A model generated the notes under the pieces. That model saw nothing but the letters and a program-made list of their open reading frames with translations. It searched no databases and was not told the DNA's origin. From positions 1 to 47,765 of IMG/VR virus record IMGVR_UViG_3300013122_000001: a stretch of 47,765 nt of DNA; one strand, given 5' to 3'. Numbering within the stretch: position 1 is the stretch's first letter; every line of letters starts with the position of its first letter. This DNA is from a virus. Taxonomy: Duplodnaviria > Caudoviricetes. Made by a program: the position numbers and the translations under genes. Positions 1-8,706 of this stretch are shown piece by piece.

Positions 1-20
1 AACCGGATAACTGGGAGGCA
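1..20 (+). repeat. Terminal direct repeat (copy at 47746-47765), probably assembly overlap of a circular contig
   Basis: AACCGGATAACTGGGAGGCA identical at both ends. Confidence 0.9.
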
Positions 21-332
21 GAACGTCACATTGATGTAGAGGTAACAGAGAACCAAAACGGTATATTAATTAAGCACATGAAAACTATCCGGCCCGATGC
101 CAGGTTCACCATTAACGGACAGTGGCACTTGCTGGAGGTAGATCGCACAGCCAAGATGAAAACAAATGAAGACAAAATTCGACTATATAATCAAATTTTG
201 CCGAGTTTCACTAAATCGTTTCATCGGCCTAAAATAATCTTTTACACGGATAAGGAGAGTAGAAAAGAGAAGTTGATGCAGCTAGGGAAGGGGTTGGATA
301 TAGAGGTGTTGACGAAGAGGGACATCTATTAA
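3..332 (+). CDS. Replication-relaxation (Replic_Relax) family protein, 3' part (continues from 47442-47765)
   Basis: Frame open from the junction; IRPDA..LEVDRT PD-(D/E)xK-like motif; follows FtsK gene on the circle. Confidence 0.8.
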   Translation, partial: PDNWEAERHIDVEVTENQNGILIKHMKTIRPDARFTINGQWHLLEVDRTAKMKTNEDKIRLYNQILPSFTKSFHRPKIIFYTDKESRKEKLMQLGKGLDIEVLTKRDIY

Positions 333-605
333 AAAAAGGTTGGAGTAACAAGGTTTACGCCCGTCACTTCCAACCACAATTTTACCACATGGAAAGTCAC
401 AAAATTATTTTGGATAACGTGGTTATTTGCAAACTTAAAACAAAAACCCACAAACATAGCGAATTATCGTGGAAAAATTAATTAAAATAAATATACAAAA
501 ATAATTAACATTAGTCAGATGTTTGTGAACGCTTGTCCATAATTCCTTTCACAACAAGGGTTATGGACGTTTTTAATTTACCGTTACCACATATTTTTAC
601 CACTT
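333..605. other. Probable attP region
   Basis: Non-coding gap downstream of integrase with arm-type repeats TTTACCACAT (381-390), GTTACCACAT (583-592), TTTACCACTT (596-605), CAACCACAAT (371-380), an AT-rich centre and two hairpins. Confidence 0.7.
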
Positions 606-1652
606 TTTAAGAATTTCTTCAATTTTGTCCGATGATTCTTTCAGTCTATCGTCATGTACTCTTGAATATACATTTAGAGTCATGCTAATATCAGAGTGAC
701 CCACTCGTTTTGCGACAATGTGTACTGGAACGCCAGCATCCAATAACATTGTAATGTGGGTGGCTCTCATATCGTGGAAGTCGATATCAGGTAATTCGGT
801 GTTAGCGACAAGTCGATTAAAGTCATTGCGAATAGTGTTGGGGATGATGAACTGATTCTTGCCAGAGAACAGCCAGTCATCCTTTTTGTATTCCTTCCAG
901 ATTTCCAGTTTTTCTTCTAATGTTTTATTGAGTGGTATTTCTCGAATAGATCCGTCTGTTTTCGGTGTCTGGATAATCCATCTACCTTTAACTTGAGCTG
1001 CCGTTCTTTCGATGAATATAGAACCTTCTCGAATATCTTCCCATCTAAGCGCACATATCTCTCCTATACGCATACCACCATATAATGCAAGGTAATAAGC
1101 TAACCAGTAAAGGGAACGCTCCTCGCAGAATTCTAAGAACTCTTGTGCTTCTTCTACCTTCCAAACCACTTTATTCTTTTTCTCTTTCTTCACTTTAATA
1201 TTAGAAACAGGATTCTTCTCAACTAATTCAAGGTCTACCGCTTTATTAAACAAGGCTAGTAAATAACCCCTTACATTTACCACGCTACTTGTTGCCATTC
1301 CCTTAGATTTCAACCATTGTATAAAATTCTCCACATCCATCGGTTTTACCTTCTCCACTTTCTTTTTTGCGAAATAAGGGAGGATGTGCGCTCTTACAAT
1401 GTAATCTCTTTGGGATAGAGTGGACTCCTTCGCTTCCGCCGAACGGTTCCAGATGTCATATAGACCTTCAAACGTTAAAGAGGTAGCCTGTTTCTTGCCA
1501 TATTCCTTCTTTAACCTAGCAGCTTCTTCTTGCGCTTCTGTCTTTTTCGCAAAGCCACTTCTAGTTAGTTGTTTCCTCTTTCCGGTGATTGGATCGCGAC
1601 CAACATCAATCGTAAATCTCCAACCACTCTTTATCTTCTGAAAATAGGCCAT
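597..1652 (-). CDS. int: Tyrosine integrase with N-terminal arm-binding domain
   Basis: GGMRIGEICAL, PKT, FHDMRATH, VGHSDISMTLNVY catalytic motifs; start placed at ATG 1652 after GAAAGGAAGTG. Confidence 0.95.
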   Translation of the reverse strand: MAYFQKIKSGWRFTIDVGRDPITGKRKQLTRSGFAKKTEAQEEAARLKKEYGKKQATSLTFEGLYDIWNRSAEAKESTLSQRDYIVRAHILPYFAKKKVEKVKPMDVENFIQWLKSKGMATSSVVNVRGYLLALFNKAVDLELVEKNPVSNIKVKKEKKNKVVWKVEEAQEFLEFCEERSLYWLAYYLALYGGMRIGEICALRWEDIREGSIFIERTAAQVKGRWIIQTPKTDGSIREIPLNKTLEEKLEIWKEYKKDDWLFSGKNQFIIPNTIRNDFNRLVANTELPDIDFHDMRATHITMLLDAGVPVHIVAKRVGHSDISMTLNVYSRVHDDRLKESSDKIEEILKKW

Positions 1653-1681
1653 AAATTCACTTCCTTTCCCGAAAAGTATAA

Positions 1682-1696
1682 CTGAATATGCGTCGC
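1682..1696. promoter_or_regulatory. Putative CI/Cro operator upstream of int
   Basis: Reverse complement GCGACGCATATTCAG matches the operator family at 2480-2773. Confidence 0.55.
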
Positions 1697-1722
1697 ACAT
1701 AAAGTGGATATTTTTTCTCCAA

Positions 1723-1748
1723 TAAAAAAAGACTCAAGCAAGGAGCCT
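1723..1748 (-). terminator. Intrinsic terminator after the small ORF
   Basis: AGGCTC-loop-GAGTCT followed by a T run on the minus strand. Confidence 0.65.
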
Positions 1749-1841
1749 TCCTTTTTTTGAATCTCTAGTACCTACATATACGGTGTCCCCTGTCGAAACC
1801 CTGATGCCTAAATCTAATTTGTCTGTATAAATGATATTCAC
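1734..1841 (-). CDS. 35-aa small protein, candidate SOS-induced antirepressor
   Basis: GAGGGGG RBS, GTG start, MNIIYTDKLDLGIRVSTGDTVYVGTRDSKKGRLLA; own promoter, SOS box and terminator. Confidence 0.65.
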   Translation of the reverse strand: MNIIYTDKLDLGIRVSTGDTVYVGTRDSKKGRLLA

Positions 1842-1875
1842 GTAATCGACCCCCTCGAATTAGAGAACAAAAATA

Positions 1876-1928
1876 AGAACGTGCGTTCGGCTTATTCTTA
1901 TTATACTACTATTTTCTCACAATTTGAA
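1876..1928 (-). promoter_or_regulatory. sigma-A promoter with LexA (DinR) box
   Basis: TTCAAA-17-TATAAT on the minus strand (1928-1900); CGAACGCACGTTCT at 1876-1889 versus consensus CGAACRNRYGTTYC. Confidence 0.75.
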
Positions 1929-1980
1929 GGGTTTAGGATGTGTACTATTTCTACATTAAAATACAATTTTCGACATATTT

Positions 1981-2331
1981 TTACGATAAATTGAGTTTTT
2001 TTACAAATTCAACGATATTTTCTAATTGTTCCGGTGTGATGTCCTTCTCCTTCATGTTCTTTGCTAAAGAAATCCATTCCACCCCAATATCTTTTAACTC
2101 TGCTGGGAGTTCTTGTTCCTCTCCAAATAACGAAGCGACATTTGTCCCATATAATTCACATAAATCCTTGAGTAATTTTAAAGAGGGTATCATTCCACCT
2201 TCAATCTTACTAATATAAGAGCGGTCTATCCCTACTAATAATTCTACTTCTTTTTGAGAATAACCCCTTGCATTCCTCAAAGCACGTAATTTCTCGCCTA
2301 CTTCTTTATCTATGTTGCGTTCCTTGCTCAT
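1981..2331 (-). CDS. CI-like XRE HTH repressor lacking an S24 autoprotease domain
   Basis: LRALRNARGYSQKEV..IDRSYISKIEGG HTH; 116 aa; divergent from cro. Confidence 0.85.
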   Translation of the reverse strand: MSKERNIDKEVGEKLRALRNARGYSQKEVELLVGIDRSYISKIEGGMIPSLKLLKDLCELYGTNVASLFGEEQELPAELKDIGVEWISLAKNMKEKDITPEQLENIVEFVKKLNLS

Positions 2332-2479
2332 AGTCCCAACCTCCTATTACTTTTGGGTGTCTTTACACTGTATATAATTCTACATCGTTTCTTATTATAC
2401 CTTTTTCCGTATAGAAACGTAAAAGGGTATGTGCAAAACCCCAACTAAAAAAAATATAAAAAATATTTACACGGATATG

Positions 2480-2536
2480 TTGACACATATTCACACATGA
2501 TATAAGATGTAATTAACCCTAGTGACACATGTTCAC
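2480..2536 (+). promoter_or_regulatory. Lytic promoter with two operators
   Basis: TTGACA-17-TAAGAT; operators TTGACACATATTCAC (2480-2494) and GTGACACATGTTCAC (2522-2536). Confidence 0.75.
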
Positions 2537-2554
2537 ACAAAGCGAGGTGAAGAG

Positions 2555-2737
2555 ATGAATGGTAAATTGAAAAAACTCCGAGAAGAAGCTGGAATGACAC
2601 AAACAGAACTAGCTCAACGCGTAGGAGTAGATAGATCATATATAAACAAGATTGAAAACAAGAACGTTAAGCCTAGTTTAGCCTTATTGGAAAGGATAGC
2701 TGCTACGTTTAATATCTCTGTAAAGGATTTTTTTTAG
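2555..2737 (+). CDS. Cro-like XRE HTH protein
   Basis: LKKLREEAGMTQTELAQRVGVDRSYINKIEN; ATG after GAGGTG. Confidence 0.85.
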   Translation: MNGKLKKLREEAGMTQTELAQRVGVDRSYINKIENKNVKPSLALLERIAATFNISVKDFF

Positions 2738-2744
2738 TCATAGT

Positions 2745-2773
2745 GTGAAAATACGTCACTGAATATAAGTCAC
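2745..2773. promoter_or_regulatory. Two tandem operators downstream of cro
   Basis: GTGAAAATACGTCAC and CTGAATATAAGTCAC, reverse-orientation copies of the operator family. Confidence 0.65.
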
Positions 2774-2794
2774 ATACCTTGAGGGAGGATAAAT

Positions 2795-2968
2795 ATGAAA
2801 CCAGTTATGAACGCAAAAGACATCAAGAATTTTCTTGGAGTATCAGAAACAAAAGCGTATGAGTTGATGCGCCAAACAGATTTTCCAACTTTAATAATCG
2901 GTGGCCGTCGCTTGGTAAAAACTGAAGATTTTATGGTCTGGTTAGATAAGCAAAAACAGGTGGTGTAA
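2795..2968 (+). CDS. Excisionase-like HTH_17 DNA-binding protein (57 aa)
   Basis: MKPVMNAKDIKNFLGVSETKAYELMRQTDFPTLIIGGRRLV..WL; GGGAGG RBS. Confidence 0.8.
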   Translation: MKPVMNAKDIKNFLGVSETKAYELMRQTDFPTLIIGGRRLVKTEDFMVWLDKQKQVV

Positions 2969-2970
2969 AA

Positions 2971-3378
2971 ATGTCCTTGTCTCCAGAGAGAAAGAAAGGT
3001 AACAAATTACGTGCGAAGATCCTCAAACATGATAATTACAAATGTCGTAATTGCAGCTCTGATGAAGAATTAGAAGTGCATCATATGTTAGCCCTTCATT
3101 TGGGTGGTACGTCAAAAGAAGATAACTTAATCACCTATTGTGCTGAATGCCATGTATTTGCTCCTGAAACTGGAGAAGAAGATAATATGCGGTACATCGA
3201 AGAGAGAAACAGAGTTGTATATGAGCAGTTGATGAAAAGTAAAGGTGTAGCTCAGATGGTTACAGTGGCCTTCACAGAATTAATGAAAGATCGCTTGGAT
3301 GATTATGTTGAACATGGTTTTATCTCGAAGGAACAAGCAAGAAAGATATGGATGTATCAACGTTCTAAGTTGTATTAA
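2971..3378 (+). CDS. HNH endonuclease
   Basis: CRNC..LEVHH..GGT..NL..CAECH. Confidence 0.85.
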   Translation: MSLSPERKKGNKLRAKILKHDNYKCRNCSSDEELEVHHMLALHLGGTSKEDNLITYCAECHVFAPETGEEDNMRYIEERNRVVYEQLMKSKGVAQMVTVAFTELMKDRLDDYVEHGFISKEQARKIWMYQRSKLY

Positions 3379-3404
3379 TAACCGAAAGATAACAGGAGGT
3401 AGTC

Positions 3405-3524
3405 ATGATAACTATTGAGAAGGGTCCTAACTGGAAACAGGCTGAAGCGAACTTCTATCGACTGGCAGCGAAAATCATTACAGAAAAATCTAATGAAGAT
3501 AAGAAAGAAGTTAAAGCAGGGTAG
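3405..3524 (+). CDS. Hypothetical protein (39 aa)
   Basis: AGGAGG RBS, ATG to TAG. Confidence 0.6.
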   Translation: MITIEKGPNWKQAEANFYRLAAKIITEKSNEDKKEVKAG

Positions 3525-3549
3525 ACCGATATAGCGAAGGAGAGAGGAT

Positions 3550-3804
3550 ATGACAATCGAAGAGTTAAACGATATCAAAAAAAGATTGAATAATGCTATT
3601 TCTGTCGGAAAAGGAATTGACCATAAATTAGACTTAATGTCTGATGTAGATAGAGTTATAGCTGAATATAAACAACTTCAATCTTTTTATAACTACTTTT
3701 CTGAATTAAATGGTCAAGGTTTAGAGGTCGCCAATTGGCATCAAAACGGAGAACTAGAACCGTTTGACAACTTCTTTGACAGTGCAGAAGATTCATTAAA
3801 GTAA
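3550..3804 (+). CDS. Hypothetical protein bracketed by 8-6-8 sites
   Basis: ORF with RBS; sites at 3516-3537 and 3806-3827. Confidence 0.7.
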   Translation: MTIEELNDIKKRLNNAISVGKGIDHKLDLMSDVDRVIAEYKQLQSFYNYFSELNGQGLEVANWHQNGELEPFDNFFDSAEDSLK

Positions 3805-3839
3805 CGAACATTACGACAAAACAATGAAGGAGGAAACCC

Positions 3840-4001
3840 ATGCAACGCTACAAAAAATTTCTAGGCTCTGTCATCAACGGCATGATCCTAATGGAAATCG
3901 TCCCATACTTCGACCTATCCACAAACAAAGAAGAACTTGCTTTCCAGACGAACAAAGGCGTCTCCATCAATTGTGAATTAGCAGTAAAAAAATATTTCTA
4001 A
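3840..4001 (+). CDS. Hypothetical protein (53 aa)
   Basis: AGGAGG RBS, MQRYKKFLGS... Confidence 0.6.
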   Translation: MQRYKKFLGSVINGMILMEIVPYFDLSTNKEELAFQTNKGVSINCELAVKKYF

Positions 4002-4004
4002 GGA

Positions 4005-4448
4005 GTGATTGGTATGTGTCAAAAATGTAAAAATGTTGAGCTTGAAACGAAGGTTGTTCCTGTCCAGTTTGATGATATGGAAATTGAAATGGAGCTTTGT
4101 GAAAGTTGTGAGCAAGAGTTTGCGGAACAGGATGCTCGTATGCAGAAGGAAGCTGAACAACTGGAGCTGGCGAAAAAGATTGTTGCTGCTATGGAAATTG
4201 GTGGAAGAATCAGCATTTCATTCCACACGGATTTGAATTATTCAGAGGAAATGGCTCGCCAATTGGTTAGTGAATTTGCGGATAATCCCGAAAAGGATAG
4301 CAATGGAGGGACACAGTGGATTAGCGGTACAAAGGGTTCTGTGAGTTGTACGGTATTTATCAAGCCGACAAAAGAAGATGAAATTGCAAACCTTGAAGAA
4401 AGAATTCGCCAACTCAAAGAGGGTGATTCGCATGAACGTACTGCGTGA
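4005..4448 (+). CDS. Hypothetical protein with N-terminal Zn ribbon
   Basis: CQKC..CESC; likely start at ATG 4014. Confidence 0.65.
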   Translation: MIGMCQKCKNVELETKVVPVQFDDMEIEMELCESCEQEFAEQDARMQKEAEQLELAKKIVAAMEIGGRISISFHTDLNYSEEMARQLVSEFADNPEKDSNGGTQWISGTKGSVSCTVFIKPTKEDEIANLEERIRQLKEGDSHERTA

Positions 4449-4641
4449 GTACCTGGAGCGCAAGTGGGATGAAGATGGAGTGATTCCCGAATGGCATACC
4501 ATTGCTGATGACCTATCTGATAAAGTCCCTCTGGAAACGTTAGAGGACATTGATAAAGAGGTTAATCGACTGATGCAGTACATCATTAAGAGTGAGGGTG
4601 TTATCGAATACGAGGGGGAGCCTAAACGCAAAATAAGCTGA
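4432..4641 (+). CDS. Hypothetical protein
   Basis: GAGGGTG RBS before MNVLREY. Confidence 0.6.
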   Translation: MNVLREYLERKWDEDGVIPEWHTIADDLSDKVPLETLEDIDKEVNRLMQYIIKSEGVIEYEGEPKRKIS

Positions 4642-4702
4642 CCACCGCCAAGTCATCAGCTTAAAAAATATTACACGTCCATTATAACAGGGAGGAACTA
4701 AA

Positions 4703-5542
4703 ATGAATAGCTTACAAGCACAATTTGAGGGGCAACAGGCTCCTTCATATAATATCGAAGCATCCAAAAGTCGTGAAATGGCTGAGGTTCAATCACAAAT
4801 ATTCTTAGCGAAGCAATTCCCGAGAAATGAGTATCAAGCTGAAATGAAGATAGCAGAAGCTTGCAAACGTCTGTCACTTGCAGAAACGGCTTTGTATCAA
4901 TTTCCTAAAGGCAATCAGAAGGTTATCGGGCCATCTATCCGATTAGCTGAAATGGTTGCTAGATACTGGGGAAACATTAGTTACGGCATTAAAGAAGTGG
5001 AGCAAAAGAAAGGTGAATCCACCATGTTAGCTTACGCATGGGATATGGAAACTAACACCCGTGTTGAAAAAACATTCCATGTGAAGCACGAACTTTACAC
5101 CAAAAACGGAATCAAGCAGCTCAACGATCCCCGCGACATTTACGAACATACTGCAAATCTCGGAACAAGACGGTTAAGAGCTTGCATTCTTGGAGTGGTA
5201 CCGGGTGATGTAGTAGAAAACGCAACAGAGATATGTAAACAGACCATGCAGAACGGATATAAAGAGCCTTTGAAAGACCGATTGGTTAAGGCTACATCGT
5301 GGTTAAAAGATAATTACGGCATTACACAAGAAATGGTCGAGGAAACGTTCGGCTATAAGTTTGAGTCATTTAATGAACAGGATTTTCAGAAATTAAGAAC
5401 TATTTCTCAATCACTCAAAGATGATATGGCGAAAAGGGAAGACTTTTTCAAACTAACCAGTACGAAAGAACCAAAAACATCCCTAGAGAAGCAATTCAAG
5501 GAGGGCGCAACTGATGGAGCTGCTGAAACTAACGAAGGATAA
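4703..5542 (+). CDS. Putative single-strand annealing/recombination protein
   Basis: FPR..GPSIRLAE..WGN motifs; directly upstream of the exonuclease as in Red/RecET-type pairs. Confidence 0.5.
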   Translation: MNSLQAQFEGQQAPSYNIEASKSREMAEVQSQIFLAKQFPRNEYQAEMKIAEACKRLSLAETALYQFPKGNQKVIGPSIRLAEMVARYWGNISYGIKEVEQKKGESTMLAYAWDMETNTRVEKTFHVKHELYTKNGIKQLNDPRDIYEHTANLGTRRLRACILGVVPGDVVENATEICKQTMQNGYKEPLKDRLVKATSWLKDNYGITQEMVEETFGYKFESFNEQDFQKLRTISQSLKDDMAKREDFFKLTSTKEPKTSLEKQFKEGATDGAAETNEG

Positions 5543-6326
5543 CTACTATTCCCAGGAGGCGGATAAAGCTTACTTTTCCGTCTCCCAATACAAAAGCTTT
5601 CTAAAGTGTGAATCCTCTGCATTAGCTAGACTGAATCGGACATATGAAGAACCGAAGAGTGATGCTTTATTACTGGGCTCTTATGTTCACTCTTGGTTAG
5701 ACGGGACCATGGAAGACTTCAAGAAAGAGAATCCATCTATATTCAGCACCCGTGGAGCTTCCAAAGGTGAACTAAAAGCCAACTTCAAACACGCTGATGA
5801 AATGGTGAAGGTTCTGGAGAAAGATTCCCTTTGCATGATGGCCCTTGAAGGTGAAAAGGAAGTAATCATGACCGGGCAACTATTCGGCGCACCTTGGAAA
5901 ATAAGGATGGATGTATACGCGCCAAACTTAGGTAGATTCGCAGATTTAAAGACCGTCAAGGCTATACGTGATAGGCACTGGATAGAAGGTGTCGGATGGG
6001 GTTCATTTGTTCAAGCATATGGCTACGTAACCCAAATGGCAGTCTATTCTCAAATAGAAATGCAAAACCGTGGTGGAGAACGTCTGGAGAACTATATTGT
6101 AGCAGTCTCCAAAGAAGAGATCCCCGATAAAGAAGTAATTACGGTGGATTTTGAAAGCATTGAGGAAGAACTGAAAGTAGTGGAAGAGAACATGCAGCGA
6201 TTGATCCGTGTGAAATCCGGTGAGCTATCCCCTAAACGATGTGGTAGCTGTGGTCATTGTAAGCGAACGAAGCAATTAACTGGTGTCACAAATTATCAAG
6301 ACTTAATAAATAATCCAGGGGCTTAA
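5514..6326 (+). CDS. PD-(D/E)XK exonuclease (DUF3799/RecE-like)
   Basis: SVSQYKSF, GSYVH, KIRMD..ADLKT, YxxQMAVY, C-terminal CGSCGHC. Confidence 0.8.
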   Translation: MELLKLTKDNYYSQEADKAYFSVSQYKSFLKCESSALARLNRTYEEPKSDALLLGSYVHSWLDGTMEDFKKENPSIFSTRGASKGELKANFKHADEMVKVLEKDSLCMMALEGEKEVIMTGQLFGAPWKIRMDVYAPNLGRFADLKTVKAIRDRHWIEGVGWGSFVQAYGYVTQMAVYSQIEMQNRGGERLENYIVAVSKEEIPDKEVITVDFESIEEELKVVEENMQRLIRVKSGELSPKRCGSCGHCKRTKQLTGVTNYQDLINNPGA

Positions 6327-6351
6327 TGCCCCTTTGGAAAGGGAGAGAAAA

Positions 6352-6546
6352 ATGAACGAAAATCAAATGTTTATAGTCGGTCACGCGCTCAACAATCAGA
6401 ATCGATTCTATACTGAGAGAACTGACCCAGACTGGAATGATTTAGTGACAAAAGGGTTTGCCAGTAAACATCCGGGTTGGGAAGATGATATGGCTTATTA
6501 TCGAGTTACTGAAGAAGGTCGTAAAGCTTACGGGGAATTATTATGA
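6352..6546 (+). CDS. Hypothetical protein
   Basis: ORF in early operon with RBS. Confidence 0.6.
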   Translation: MNENQMFIVGHALNNQNRFYTERTDPDWNDLVTKGFASKHPGWEDDMAYYRVTEEGRKAYGELL

Positions 6547-6800
6547 ACATCATCCGTCAACAAATCCTAGAAACCGTAACCAAACAACCTACCACCCTTA
6601 CAGACTTATCCCGTCAATATAAACTACCACGAGAATACATACAGACGGTGCTTGTACGCTTAATAGAAGAAGGTCACTCCTTATGTATCGAAAAGGAGGA
6701 ATACGTTTATATCGCAAAGGACAGGCTTCTGGACTACATGGTTATGGTGTCCATTCCATTAAGTTTAGTTGGATTGTTTGTCTATGGGTTGAGCATATGA
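6543..6800 (+). CDS. Winged-HTH-like protein with C-terminal transmembrane helix
   Basis: TLTDLSRQYKLPREYIQTVLVRL; hydrophobic tail. Confidence 0.55.
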   Translation: MNIIRQQILETVTKQPTTLTDLSRQYKLPREYIQTVLVRLIEEGHSLCIEKEEYVYIAKDRLLDYMVMVSIPLSLVGLFVYGLSI

Positions 6801-7018
6801 CACCACTCGTCTTAAAGCGGTCGGATCTACGCTCTCTGGCGCTGGCGATTATAGAACACGAAAAGAGGGGTTACGAATGTGTGGCCCCTTACAAGAAAAT
6901 GAAAACCCTTCGCAAAAATTGGAACTACAACCGCAGCAATAACGATTTCAAGGACTTTCGCGGAGTGGATGAATATGAATACTACATTGTGAAAATGAGG
7001 AAGGTGGAGACTGCATGA
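6797..7018 (+). CDS. Hypothetical protein
   Basis: ATGA overlap with neighbouring genes. Confidence 0.6.
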   Translation: MTPLVLKRSDLRSLALAIIEHEKRGYECVAPYKKMKTLRKNWNYNRSNNDFKDFRGVDEYEYYIVKMRKVETA

Positions 7019-7437
7019 GAGAGATTAAGTTTCGTTATTGGGATATGGCCAATAAAGAATTCATAACTGACGGCGATGTATATTTTGTTGCTGAAGATTG
7101 CATTTTAGCCGGGGATTTTGATAATCCTCCAGTTGTTGATATCACTGGCACTACTCTAATCAGTCAATACACAGGATTAAAGGATAAGAACGGAACGGAG
7201 ATTTATGAAGGTGATGTAGTCACCTTTGAAGATGCTCATTACTCCATAAGTGAAAACGGACAGGAATTTGGGATCTTTAAAAATGCTGGTGTCATCGAGT
7301 GGGATAACGAACAAGCACAATTCTTCGTTACTAATCGTCAATCTGTTGATTTAGAAACTTTCTTTAATTACATCCACGAAAGTGAAGTGATTGGAAATAT
7401 ATATACACACCCTCACTTACTGGAGGAATTAAAATGA
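7015..7437 (+). CDS. YopX family protein
   Basis: MREIKFR..QYTGLKDKNGTEIYEGD..EVIGNIY. Confidence 0.9.
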   Translation: MREIKFRYWDMANKEFITDGDVYFVAEDCILAGDFDNPPVVDITGTTLISQYTGLKDKNGTEIYEGDVVTFEDAHYSISENGQEFGIFKNAGVIEWDNEQAQFFVTNRQSVDLETFFNYIHESEVIGNIYTHPHLLEELK

Positions 7438-7676
7438 ACTGCCCCTTGTGTCAATCGAAAATGAAGGTACTCAATAGCCGACCACATAAAGAAGGGGTCT
7501 GGAGAATGAGGGAGTGCCTAGAGTGTTTAACTCGCATTCCGTCCATTGAGAAGTTTAATCTAGCTAATCTCCATCCCTTCCTATACAAACAACTTATAGA
7601 GAAGGAGGATAGCCTTGAATCTACTAATCAAGCAAATAGAAACACTTCAGGAATCATGCGTAAGGTGTCCCATTAG
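7434..7676 (+). CDS. NrdR-like Zn-ribbon protein
   Basis: MNCPLC..KVLNSR..RMRECLEC. Confidence 0.65.
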   Translation: MNCPLCQSKMKVLNSRPHKEGVWRMRECLECLTRIPSIEKFNLANLHPFLYKQLIEKEDSLESTNQANRNTSGIMRKVSH

Positions 7677-8088
7677 AATCGAGATCCGCAAGAAGTTCAC
7701 TGAAACTACCGCCAAGAATTTCTGCAATACTCAATGTCCCACGGGTAAAGTGGTTAGTGAAAAGCAGAAGAAATTGGAATTAGGTGTATCTTGGTTGTCT
7801 GATATTGCGGATAATCTCACACAATCGCAATACAAAAAACTATCCAAACTTTACACTGATAAAGAGATAACCCAAATGACTGGTTTATCCTCCTCCACCT
7901 TGACTGTTAGAAAACGGTCATGGGGACTAACCAGAATAGAACCGCTATTATCCGATAAGACATATGAGGACTATCTGGAGCTACGCAGGAAGGATATGAG
8001 CTACCGGGAAATAGCAAATGCCTGGGGAGTGGGAAAAAGTACGCTACATCGCTTTATAAACCGTTGTATAAGGGAGGGGAAGAAATGA
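7615..8088 (+). CDS. Zn-finger + HTH DNA-binding protein
   Basis: CVRC..C..CPTG; MSYREIANAWGVGKSTLHRF. Confidence 0.65.
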   Translation: MNLLIKQIETLQESCVRCPIRIEIRKKFTETTAKNFCNTQCPTGKVVSEKQKKLELGVSWLSDIADNLTQSQYKKLSKLYTDKEITQMTGLSSSTLTVRKRSWGLTRIEPLLSDKTYEDYLELRRKDMSYREIANAWGVGKSTLHRFINRCIREGKK

Positions 8089-8213
8089 CACTAGATGTCT
8101 ATGTATGTGGATGTGGTGAAGAGTTTGCGACCAAAGACGGCCATGATCCAAACGGTTGCCCGTTTTGCTACTCACCAGAGATTGAGTTTAGTCATGAAGT
8201 AAAGGATGTTTAA
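8085..8213 (+). CDS. Small Zn-ribbon protein (42 aa)
   Basis: CGCGEEF..CPFC; GGGAGG RBS. Confidence 0.6.
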   Translation: MTLDVYVCGCGEEFATKDGHDPNGCPFCYSPEIEFSHEVKDV

Positions 8214-8254
8214 TAGACCGTAGACCGAGAATGTTCGATAAGGAGGAATGTTGA

Positions 8255-8524
8255 ATGGACGAATTGGAAAAGTCAGCTTATAGATTTATGAACCAACCGA
8301 GAAATGAAAGAGAAAAGTTAGAACAAATTCTTCAACATGACATTATCCAAGCAATAGAAGATGGATTTAACGGTCATGACGTTAGACGAGAAGAAATATT
8401 AAAAGATGTAAATTGGCTTATTGAAACGGTCATAAGGTTGGGAACAGAAGTCAAAATGTCTGATGAATTGTTAGACCAAAAACAAGAAACCATTAACCAC
8501 TTGTTAGAACAACTTAACGAATAG
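8255..8524 (+). CDS. Hypothetical protein bracketed by 8-6-8 sites
   Basis: AGGAGG RBS; sites at 8215-8236 and 8519-8540. Confidence 0.7.
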   Translation: MDELEKSAYRFMNQPRNEREKLEQILQHDIIQAIEDGFNGHDVRREEILKDVNWLIETVIRLGTEVKMSDELLDQKQETINHLLEQLNE

Positions 8525-8535
8525 TCCGAGGAGGT

Positions 8536-8655
8536 ATGACATTGAGGTTAAGGGAAAATGATAATCTGTTAGGTTGTGGATGGATTTTGTTTGAAATAAG
8601 CTTAATGATTTTTGCAGTATTACTATTTTCAATATTTTTGATTGATTGGAATTGA
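8536..8655 (+). CDS. Small single-TM membrane peptide
   Basis: GAGGAGG RBS; ILFEISLMIFAVLLFSIFLI. Confidence 0.55.
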   Translation: MTLRLRENDNLLGCGWILFEISLMIFAVLLFSIFLIDWN

Positions 8656-8706
8656 CGCACTGTCCGACCATACGGAATTGACCGATATAGTGAGGGAGTG
8701 TTTTCT

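Noticed and set aside
597-2968. Arbitrium or Rap/Phr communication system
   Set aside because: No TPR receptor or signal-peptide propeptide gene near the lysogeny module
6319-6351. Additional 8-6-8 site after the exonuclease
   Set aside because: Poor arm match; explained by the GGGGC/GCCCC hairpin and RBS
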